Shown here one piece after another: positions 19,049-29,300 of a DNA stretch of 64,000 nucleotides. The position numbers and the translations under genes were made by a program. The number at the start of each line of letters is the position of its first letter. Position 1 is the first letter of the stretch. The stretch comes from Bacteroidales bacterium (lineage in GTDB: Bacteria > Bacteroidota > Bacteroidia > Bacteroidales > JAADJA01). The notes beneath the pieces were generated by a model. That model worked only from the letters and a program-made list of their open reading frames with translations. It was not told the origin of the DNA and did not search any database. Location of the stretch: positions 2,451 through 66,450 of the forward strand of contig JALSSR010000090.1 in assembly GCA_026984135.1 (NCBI GenBank). Direction: 5' to 3'.

Positions 19049-21040
19049 ATGATAAAAGTTTTTTTCGTTAAATTTGTTTCATTTGTGTTATTAGTTTGCA
19101 TTTCGTTGTATTCGTTCGCAAACAAAAATAGCAAAGTTGGTATATATGATTCCATTGACTCTTTATTGATAAAAGCCGATAAATTTACAACAGAAAATGT
19201 TGATTCCGCATTTTTTTATGCTGATCAGGCCTTGCACCAGGCCACTGAGGCAGATTATCAGGAAGCACGGATGAAAGCATTGCTCTTTCTCGGTAATCTT
19301 GACTTGAAAAACAATAAACCGGAAGATGCATTAGTCAGATTTAACAAGATACTTTATTATGCGAAACAACTTAATGATCCTAAATATTATTTGGCAATGG
19401 CATATGCCGGAATAGGAAGTGTATATCATGCTTATGCTGAGAATATCAAGGCAATTACCTATTTTGACAGTGCTAAATTAACACTAACTAATGAGTATTA
19501 TGAAAAATATATTGCAAAAATATTAAATGAAAAAGGAAATACATATACATCATTAAGTAAATATGAAAAGGCAAACAAATGTTTTCTCGAAGCATTGAAA
19601 TATGCCGAAAAAAAAAGTGACACAATTATGCTCTCAACTGTTCTGATAAACCTTGCCAGTTTAAACAGAAATATTGACCGATATGATAAAGCCCAGGAAT
19701 ATTATGACCGGGCTCTGAAATATTGCGAACTTCTAAATGACAAAGAAGGCATTGCCATAATATACCAAAATAAAGCTAACATTTTTTCCGATAAAAGCAA
19801 CTATCAAAAAGCTATGCACTATTATCTTTTTGCAAAACGGATAAGGGATAAGCAAAGAATTGCAGATAAAAATTATGCAACATTGATTTCTAATATCGGC
19901 TTAAACTATGCGGAACAGTTTATTTTTGACAGTGCCTTGTATTATTTTAACAAATCATTGGAAGTTAGTGAGGCTGTTAAGGATACCTTTGGAATAGCAG
20001 ATACAAAGATAGTTATTGGTGCGGTGCTACTGGAACAAAAGAAATACGGTGAAGCATTATCAAATATAAAGGAAGGTATGAAAATTGCCCGTAAAATAGG
20101 TGCAATTTATGAATACTCGAACGGGATTAAATTTTTGATACGCTATGACACTCTAACAAATAATTACAAAAAAGCTTTTATGCTTCAAAACGAATACCAT
20201 ATCCTGATGGATAGTATCAATAATGTTGAACGGGTAAATAATATCAATGAATTAAACATAAAGTATGAAACAGAGAAAAAGGAACAACAAATAAGCTTAT
20301 TGAAAGCGGAAAACAAACTTGGTCAATATGAATTAAAGCAAAAGGCAATTCAACGAAACTGGATGATCCTCTTTTTTATCATTACCTTACTTGTAATCGT
20401 TATAATATATCATTACTATAAAAAAGCAAAAAAGGATAAGGCAAAGATTGAACTGTTACAGCGCGAAATACACCATAGGGTAAAAAACAATTTAAGCATT
20501 ATTAAACGGCTTGTTGTCGTTGCAAAACAAAACACGGAAGACACCGGAATTCACTCCCAACTTGACGAACTCACAAATCGAATCGAAAGTATAAGTAAAG
20601 TACATAGCCAACTCTACCGAAAAAAAGACATTACAAGAATAGACTTGAAAGACTATATTAGCGAACTATGTAATGACATTTCTCGGTCTTTCAATAAGAA
20701 AGATTTTGAATTAATTCTAAGTTTAGAGGAAACTATCGTATTGCCATTTGACAAAGTCATACCCCTAGGACTGATTGTCAATGAACTTGTTACAAATGCT
20801 TATAAATATGCTAAGACTGCCAATAGCAAGTCTGTTATTAGTGTTTTGGTGATGAAAAAAGACGGTTTACTGACATTAAAGATTTCTGATAACGGTTCCG
20901 GATTTCCAAAGAATTTGAATCTATCTACCGTAAAATCTTACGGAATGAAAATGGTAAACGGATTGACGCATCAACTTAACGGAAAAATAAGTTTGATAAA
21001 TAAAAACGGTGCTTCTGTTGAAATAAATTTCCCCATATAA
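19049..21040 (+). CDS. TPR-repeat sensor histidine kinase (HisKA_2-type phosphoacceptor + HATPase_c)
   Basis: The protein has an N-terminal signal or anchor, about 400 aa of TPR-like repeats, and one TM helix (WMILFFIITLLVIVIIYHYY). The H-box is EIHHRVKNNLSII. The ATPase motifs are NELVTNAYKYA and ISDNGSGFP. Confidence 0.85.
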   Translation: MIKVFFVKFVSFVLLVCISLYSFANKNSKVGIYDSIDSLLIKADKFTTENVDSAFFYADQALHQATEADYQEARMKALLFLGNLDLKNNKPEDALVRFNKILYYAKQLNDPKYYLAMAYAGIGSVYHAYAENIKAITYFDSAKLTLTNEYYEKYIAKILNEKGNTYTSLSKYEKANKCFLEALKYAEKKSDTIMLSTVLINLASLNRNIDRYDKAQEYYDRALKYCELLNDKEGIAIIYQNKANIFSDKSNYQKAMHYYLFAKRIRDKQRIADKNYATLISNIGLNYAEQFIFDSALYYFNKSLEVSEAVKDTFGIADTKIVIGAVLLEQKKYGEALSNIKEGMKIARKIGAIYEYSNGIKFLIRYDTLTNNYKKAFMLQNEYHILMDSINNVERVNNINELNIKYETEKKEQQISLLKAENKLGQYELKQKAIQRNWMILFFIITLLVIVIIYHYYKKAKKDKAKIELLQREIHHRVKNNLSIIKRLVVVAKQNTEDTGIHSQLDELTNRIESISKVHSQLYRKKDITRIDLKDYISELCNDISRSFNKKDFELILSLEETIVLPFDKVIPLGLIVNELVTNAYKYAKTANSKSVISVLVMKKDGLLTLKISDNGSGFPKNLNLSTVKSYGMKMVNGLTHQLNGKISLINKNGASVEINFPI

Positions 21041-21043
21041 ATA

Positions 21044-21071
21044 TTTGGTTCTTACAAATTTGATAACTTTG
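21044..21071 (+). promoter_or_regulatory. Possible promoter for the response-regulator gene (-33 TTTG / -7 TAACTTTG)
   Basis: TAACTTTG lies at 21064-21071, 32 nt upstream of the ATG at 21103. TTTG lies at 21044-21047, which gives a short 16-nt spacer. Confidence 0.4.
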
Positions 21072-21102
21072 CAACAGCAACAAGTAAGTGTAAATCTTTA
21101 TT

Positions 21103-21870
21103 ATGGTAGAAAAACATATTCTTATTGTCGAAGATGAGTGGATAATATATGATGAGCTTGCTTCTTTTTTGTCGGATAAAGGCTATGCGGTAGCTCCTTA
21201 TACAAAGAGTTACGATGAAGCAATAACACAAATCAAGAAAGAAATGCCCGATATAGCGTTATTGGACATTCATTTGGAAGGCGATAAAGACGGGATTGAC
21301 CTGGGCGAAATATTATCCTCAAAATTTGGCATTCCTTTTATCTATCTCTCCGCATATTCTGACGATATTATAGTAAATCGTGCACGCCGGACAAACCCAA
21401 ACACTTTTTTAATCAAAACAAAACCCGACATAGATAAAGAACAATTGCACGTCACTATTAAAATGGCTTTTAACAAGAAAAACAGCGACATACAAAAAAA
21501 TAAAGAAGGAATATTTGCTTATACTGATTATTATCGTGAAGCAAATGAAAATGCAGCAAATGACCTAATTAAAATATTGCTGCGTTTTGATGATATTCTT
21601 TGGATTGAGACAGATGTTTCAAAACGAAACTACTTGGTGCTGAATGCTGCCGGCAATAAAAAGGCATATTTACGAAATTCCCTTTCAACAATCATAGAAA
21701 GATTACCTTTCTATTTCGTAAGAATCAACAATTCAACAATCATTAACCTGAAAAAAGTAGAAGGAAAGATAAACCATTCTTCCTTTAAGATAAATGATAT
21801 TAATTTTACAATTAAATCCAAATATTCTAATAATGTCCTTAGCATTTTACATAAGCTATATTACGAATAA
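21103..21870 (+). CDS. Response regulator, REC + LytTR DNA-binding domain
   Basis: The REC domain reads ILIVEDEWII...DIALLDIHL...FIYLSAYSD. The LytTR-like C-terminus reads LRFDDILWIETDVSKRNYLVL...FVRINNSTIINLKKV. Confidence 0.85.
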   Translation: MVEKHILIVEDEWIIYDELASFLSDKGYAVAPYTKSYDEAITQIKKEMPDIALLDIHLEGDKDGIDLGEILSSKFGIPFIYLSAYSDDIIVNRARRTNPNTFLIKTKPDIDKEQLHVTIKMAFNKKNSDIQKNKEGIFAYTDYYREANENAANDLIKILLRFDDILWIETDVSKRNYLVLNAAGNKKAYLRNSLSTIIERLPFYFVRINNSTIINLKKVEGKINHSSFKINDINFTIKSKYSNNVLSILHKLYYE

Positions 21871-21998
21871 ATAGACTTTATTATTTTAAAATAAATCCCG
21901 AGAATATCAATATTTATCCCATAAAATTAACATGTTTGCACGTTTGCTTTTTATCTAATAAAGATATTTACACTTTTGCCTATTAAAATATCTTTTTT

Positions 21999-23270
21999 AT
22001 GAAAAAATTTACTTTAGCTTTTCTCATTTGTACTTTATTAGGTGTGGGACAAATTTCATTCTCACAAGTCAGTATTTCTACCGACGGTTCACAGCCGCAT
22101 GCATCGGCTATGCTGGATGTCAAGAGTTCCGACAAGGGCCTTTTGATACCCCGCTTGACCACCGCCGAGATAGAGGCTATTTATCTGCCTGCGGATGGTT
22201 TGCAGGTTTACAATACAGATGAAGGCAAACTCTACATTTTTGTATTGGGCGAATATGAATGGAAAGAGGTGAGCTATGCCACCGGCAACATACAACCAAA
22301 TGCAACTTATACTATAGGTACTGGTGGGAGTTGTGACAATACGGTAGTTCACGGGGTGTATTATGTAAGTGTTTTGCTTAAACCTTACAACTATGTTACC
22401 ATAGAGGTTAATGTGAGTACACTCGGACAATATACGATAATGACGGATACCATAAACGGATATAGCTTTTATGGTAGTGGGATTTTCACTTCTACCGGTC
22501 CACAAAATATTGATTTGGCAGCAAACGATATTCCGGCAGCCGCACAAACAGATACTTTTACCGCAACGGCAATAAACGGAACGGGTACTTGCTCTTTTCA
22601 AGTAAGTCCAGTGGTATCTCCAACATTTTTATGCGGTATGCAGTTTCAAGACCCACGAGACGGACAAATGTACAATACCGTGGAAATTGGTACACAATGT
22701 TGGATGGCTGAAAATATGAATATTGGGACAATGATTAATTCATTTACCGGAGGGACAAACGGTAACGGGGAGCAAACGGACAATGGAACTATCGAAAAAT
22801 GGTGTTATGACAACAATGCATCCAATTGCGATACCTACGGTGGTTTGTATCATTGGAATGAAGCGATGCAATATGCTACAAGTCCAGCTTCACAAGGTAT
22901 TTGTTCGTCCGAATGGCATATCCCAACCGATAATGAGTGGAAAACTTTGGAGATGGAATTGGGAATGAGCCAAAATGATGCCAACAGTTCTGGTTGGCGC
23001 GGTACCGACGAAGGTGGAAAACTTAAAGAAACAGGAACAACACATTGGTGGTCACCGAATACCGGTGCAACAAATTCAAGCGGATTTACAACACTACCGG
23101 GAGGTGGTGGTAATGTTAATGGATTTACTACAATTGGGCAAGAAGCAAAATATTGGGTGTCTGAATATCCAAATTTCAGAAGCTTAAAATATGATAATTC
23201 AATGATTAATCGATCCCACACTTCCATAAGCGGCGGACAGGCACGTAGTGTCCGCTGTATAAAAAATTAA
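21999..23270 (+). CDS. Secreted protein with a Fibrobacter succinogenes major paralogous (FISUMP, TIGR02145-like) domain
   Basis: The signal peptide is MKKFTLAFLICTLLGVGQISFSQ. The FISUMP hallmarks are DPRDGQMYNTVEIGTQCWMAENMN, YGGLYHWNEAM, WHIPTDNEWKTLE, GGKLKETGTTHW and ARSVRCIKN. Confidence 0.85.
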   Translation: MKKFTLAFLICTLLGVGQISFSQVSISTDGSQPHASAMLDVKSSDKGLLIPRLTTAEIEAIYLPADGLQVYNTDEGKLYIFVLGEYEWKEVSYATGNIQPNATYTIGTGGSCDNTVVHGVYYVSVLLKPYNYVTIEVNVSTLGQYTIMTDTINGYSFYGSGIFTSTGPQNIDLAANDIPAAAQTDTFTATAINGTGTCSFQVSPVVSPTFLCGMQFQDPRDGQMYNTVEIGTQCWMAENMNIGTMINSFTGGTNGNGEQTDNGTIEKWCYDNNASNCDTYGGLYHWNEAMQYATSPASQGICSSEWHIPTDNEWKTLEMELGMSQNDANSSGWRGTDEGGKLKETGTTHWWSPNTGATNSSGFTTLPGGGGNVNGFTTIGQEAKYWVSEYPNFRSLKYDNSMINRSHTSISGGQARSVRCIKN

Positions 23271-23304
23271 AATTCACACAAACAAATAATAAAAAACAAA
23301 CAAA

Positions 23305-26300
23305 ATGAAAAAACTTTTACATTTTACGTCAATGGCGATTGTGTTTGCCGTTATGTTTTCGGGCTTGGATGTTTTTGCCCAAACTCCCATTTCAGGGACC
23401 TTTGCAACCGACAGTACGCTGTCATTGGCACAAAGCCCTTATGTGGTTACGGGAAATATTACTATCCCCGATACGGTTACGCTAACTGTTGAGGATAATG
23501 TAGTTGTGCAATTTAACAGCAGTAGGAGCCTGACAATTTACGGTGATCTTATTGCCGATAACGCTACTTTTACATCTTCCTCCGGTAGCCCCGGTCCCGG
23601 TAGTTGGAACTATATATATTTCGGGAGTAGCTCCCACAGTGCCTCGGCCACGATAAACAATTGTACCTTTGAATATGCAAGGGGCATGATCATCACAAAT
23701 GGGACAATCAATATCAACGGCTCCACAATCGAAAACTTTTATTATAATGCTATTGAATGTTACGACACACTGAACTTGGTTTCATCCGACATTAACCTAC
23801 CTACTTACCACAGCTCTTATGGTAACGGTATTTTAGCCGGTGCAAATTCTGTAGTTGACTTGGAAACGGTAAGTATAACAGGTTGCAAGTACTCAATACA
23901 GTTATCGGATGTTTCTTCAAAAGTTACGGTTTCGAATAATTCAGTACTATCCGGTGCACAATACGAGGCAATCAGGAATTATGGCGAACTGACAATATCA
24001 AATACAGACATTTCCAATACAGGTAACAACTATACTGCTATTTATTGCTATACAAACTCAACTGCTAACCTCAATAATATAAATATCGGGCAATGCGGAT
24101 ATGGTATCCGGACCCAGGCAAATACAATGGTAACGATTGAAAACTCAACCATTGTTGGGGCTTATAATTATGCAATATATGCAAATGGTGATATAACAGC
24201 ATCAAATATAGATATTGACATGGCTACTTATCCCAATGGCGGAACCGGCTTTTATGCACTGGGTAATTCTATTTGCGACCTCGACCATATAAATATCCTG
24301 AATTGTTCTTACGGCTTTTATTTTAGCGGAAATACAACTATAACTGTTGATACAGCGACAATAACAAATGTCTATAATTATGGCATTTACACTGCGGGAT
24401 TCACTACCCTTAATTCTGTTAACATTGATATGACAGGATATAATACCAACGATGAATACGGATACGGTGTTTATTGCATCGGCGGAACTTTAACCGCCGA
24501 TAATATTGAAGTGATAAACGGGAATACCGGACTTGCCATGAACAATGATTATGGTACTCCTGATGTTTCATTTTCCAATGCTAACTTAACTCAAAATATA
24601 TGGCCGGTCCGCTATAAAAACGAGGCAAAACTGGAACTATCAGGCACAAACAACTTTTCGGGAAATGACCGGGAAGCATTTTATGTGCAGTTCCAAAATG
24701 TATATGATACTATAACATTCCCTTCTGTTAACATGCCATATTGGTTTTATTCATATTTTTATGTACGTGAAACCGGAAAACTTACCATAGGTTCAAATAA
24801 TATTTTAAAACCGAATAATTATTTTTATGTTTACGGCACTTTAATAGCCGATGCCGCACCCGGTGAACATATCTATTTCACTTCCCGGTACGATGACAAC
24901 TGGGGGGGCGATACAAATGATGATGGCCCGGCAACTTCCCCGGCACCGGGAAACTGGACAGGTATCCTGTTCTTAGACAACAGTAAAGACACAGAATGTG
25001 TCCTTGATAATTGCAAAATCAGATATGCCTCTTATGGTGTTTATACCGACAATGCCAGTCCCGAAATAGATAGTTGCAATTTTTCGTTTAACAATTACGG
25101 GGCGTATTTTCAGGGTGATTCCGATCCGGTATTTACCAACAATATAATCGGCTCGAGCGAACAAGTGCCCATTGCAATGTCATTTGAAGCAGATCCTGTT
25201 TTCCTGAACAATGAGTTTTCTTTTTCCGACAACGAATATGATGCCATCGGTTTAATTGGAGGCACTATGACCAATGATGCCGTTATCAAAAAAAGAAATG
25301 TAACGGGAATACCCAACGTTACCTATTTGATGTTGGATAATATTACGATTCCCGACACACTTACCCTCACAATAGAAAAAGGGGTAGTGATAAAAGCATA
25401 CCACAATTCCAATAATTACAGAAATATTATTGTAAACGGAACATTGATAGCGAATGGAACCGCCGACAGCCTGATAGTTTTTACCTCGGTAAAAGACGAC
25501 AATCATGGAAACCCGAATGATACCAACAAAGACGGTACGGCAACCTACCCCGCAAAAGGTGATTGGGGGGGGATTGTTTTTGCATCGGGCAGCAGTAACT
25601 CCGTGATGAACTATTGTGTGGTTAACTATGCAAATATAAATAATGCTCCTTCTTATTACGGCCAGAGTGTAACCGGATATGCCATTTCAATAATAAACGC
25701 AAACCCGACAATCAGTAATTGCGAGATAAAAGATGTGAGCAGGGGCATTGGCTGCTTTCAGGTTTCCGACCCTGTTCTTTCCGACAATGAAATTATAAAT
25801 ACGGATTACACACCTTTTTCCGTTTCAAGCACTTCCAACCCCGTGTTTTCGGGAAATGTATTTACCAATACCGGACAGACGGGACTGGGCCTTATTGGTG
25901 GCACTTTGAGCATAAACGGCACCATTGCAAAACGTGATGTTGGGGGATATTCCAATATAACATATGTCCTGCAAAATAGCATTACCGTTGATGGCGGCAC
26001 CTACCTCGATATTGAACCGGGGGTTGTTATAAAATCCAATGGACAGGGATTTGCCGTAAACGGAGGTTTTCGGGCAATAGGAACCGAAACCGAAAGGATA
26101 GTGCTTACATCCATTCGCGACGACAACTATGGCAACCCAACAGACACCAATAACGATGGTGCTTCGTCCACTCCTTCACCCGGACAGACAGGTTCAATTT
26201 ATTTTTATGAAACAAGCGATGATGACTATTGTAAGTTGGAGAATTTTGATTTCCTATATCCATCAGGTATATCTTGCAATAACTCCAATCCTGAATTTAA

Positions 26301-29300
26301 CAGTTCAAACATTTTATATATTAGCGGTACAGGAGTGGATTGTCAGGGTACGGCCTCACCTGTGTTAAAGCACCTTGTTATTTCAGGGGCAAGCAATACC
26401 GGTCAATATGGTATTTACTGTTCCGGCTCTGCCTCTCCGATAGTAGATACTGTAACTATTCAGAGTATGAATTATACGGATTCTAATTATGGAGGAAATG
26501 GTATTGCTTGTGCCGGTACATCTTCACCGGTATTTAATTTTGTGTCAATAGAAAACTGCCGTTTTGATCCAATAAAAATGTCCCTTTTATCAAACCCCAC
26601 ATTTAATGATATTAGTTTTATTGCAAATGGCAGTAGTGGTATCCGGTTGCTTGAGGGTTATTTAAATAGCGATGCATATCTGCCACAGCGCAGTATAGCA
26701 GGAATAACAAATATCGCCTATATTATTAATGCACTAACAATTGCGCAAAATGTAACTTTGACGGTTGAGCCAGGAGTAGTTTTTAAAGTAGATGCTAAGT
26801 CAGGGTATCATAATACTTATGACCAAATTGATATAATGGGTACATTTATTTGTGAAGGGGAAGAAAATAATAAAATTATTTTTACTTCTATTAAAGATGA
26901 TTCTGCCGGAGGTGATACCAATAATGATGGTAATGCTTCTTCACCGGCCAAAGGGGATTGGGAAGGACTAAGATTTTATAGTACGGCCACTGATCCGGCA
27001 AATATTGTAAAACATTGCGAAATAAGATATGCAGGAAATTCGCCTAACACATATGAATCACCTTGGTATTATAATGGCTATAATTCAGGTTCGGTTAAAA
27101 TCTTGAACGTTAACCCCAAAATTGACTCGTGTTCAATTGAACTTTCGGAAACTACCGCCTTCGGTATCTTTGGTACAGCATCGCCAACCATTTCAAACAA
27201 CAATATATACAATATTGATGGTTACCCAATTTATATGGATATGTTCTCGGATCCGGTTTTTAGTAACAACACCGTATTAAATGTAGGCGGGATGGCCTTG
27301 CAAATAAGAAACCAGAACTATTCCGTTTCCGATACGATCCCCCAAAGGAATTTTGCGGGATACAATAATATTACCTATTACGGCGGTGGCGGCACCATTG
27401 CTTTCGGTACAACTTTGACCATCCCGGAAGGGGTCATATTTAAAGAGGCTAATTTTACAGTAAGAGGTAAGATAAATGTTCTTGGTACGGAAACAAACCC
27501 GGTAGTTTTCACACGTCTTGAAGACGATGATTTCGGAAATCCGCAAGACACTCAACAAAATGGATACACAACACCTTCGCCATCAGGAACCGGCTTTACT
27601 TTCTATGATGAAAGCGATGATGCAAGTATTATTAATAATGCCATAATCCGTTATAAATCAACAGGGATTAGTATGACGAGTGCCTCGCCACAGATTACAA
27701 ATGTTTATTTTGAACATTTTAGTAACAGCAACAATACCTATGGTCTTGGCTTATCCCTAAATGGCGTTTCAAATCCAATCCTCGACAATTGCACATTTAA
27801 TGATACCCATATCCCTTTTTCTACTTCAATCCTATCGTACCCCGCTTCTACACTTAATAATGTTCTGACCGGAAATACCTGGAAAGCTATCCGGATAAAC
27901 AACGAAACACTTACCCAGGATGTAACATTGCCAAAAAGAAATTATGCAGGGATAAATAATATACCATACATATTTAGCGGTTATTCAATCGGAACAAGTG
28001 CTACATTAACAATAGAGCCGGGTGTAGTGTTAAAATTTAAAGACAATGCAAGCATCAATGTTTACAAAGGCTTTATTGCAGTAGGAGGTTCCACACCCGA
28101 CAGCACCATAGTTTTCACAAGCTATAAAGATGATTTTTATGGAGGAGATACTAATTCGGACAGTATAGCTACTATCCCATCATATACGGATTGGAATGGA
28201 ATTGTTTTTCAAAACGAATCGCTTGACCCATTATGTCAGTTAGAACATTGCGTTTTTAAATATGCAGGATATTATCAAACCTACGAACAAAACAGACTAG
28301 GTGCAATAAGAACTTACAGTGCAAGCCCTACTATCCAACACTGCTCCTTTACCGATAATTACTATGGAATTATTTTAAGCGGTGCATCAGACCCAGCGGT
28401 AAACAATTGCGATTTTGATAACATCCAATACAAAGCCATCAACAACCTTGACCAGACCTTTACCATAAATGCCGAATACAACTGGTGGGGCGATAATTCA
28501 GGTCCCGAACATACGGGCAACCCCGGCGGTACGGGCCAGGAAGTCTCCGATGGTGTGGATTATATTCCCTGGCTTGCCAACGGTACGGCAAACCCTGTAA
28601 TGGGCGATGTTAGCCTCAACGGTGCAATACAGGCTTATGATGCTTCATTGATTTTGTTTTATGTAGTTGACCCTGTAAACCACCCGTTGAATGCCACCCA
28701 GCAACTTGTGGCCGAAACCAGTGGGAACGGTAGTATAACTTCTTATGATGCTGCACTGATATTGCAATATGTTGTTGGTATTATAGATTATTTTCCGGCA
28801 GAGTTAGAAAGCATTATTCCTCCAAAAATCCCCGAAGGACAACTTAACATCGGAAACAATTCTGCAACTCTCGGAGAAGAATTTACTGTACCACTTATTA
28901 TTTCCAATATTTCGGATGCAATTTCATTACAAATTGATTTGGGATTCGATTCCGAATTATTGGAAGTTACTAATATTGAGACAACCGCACCTCAAATGAC
29001 CTCAAATAGCGGATTTGATAATCAATCAGGTCAAATAAAACTTGCTTTTGCCGGGTATGATAATATTGAGTCAAATTTAACAATTGCAAATATAACTTTT
29101 AAAGTTGTTGGAAATGTTACAGGCACTATTTTAACACCCGTTATTATTAATGAGTTTATAGCAAATGAAACAGATTTAACAGAAAATTCAAATCCGGGAT
29201 TAATTGAAATCTCCGGACTCGCAACAGGTTTGGATAACACGCAATCATCCAATCAAATTTCGTATTTAAACATCTTTCCAAATCCTTTTAAGGAATCGAC

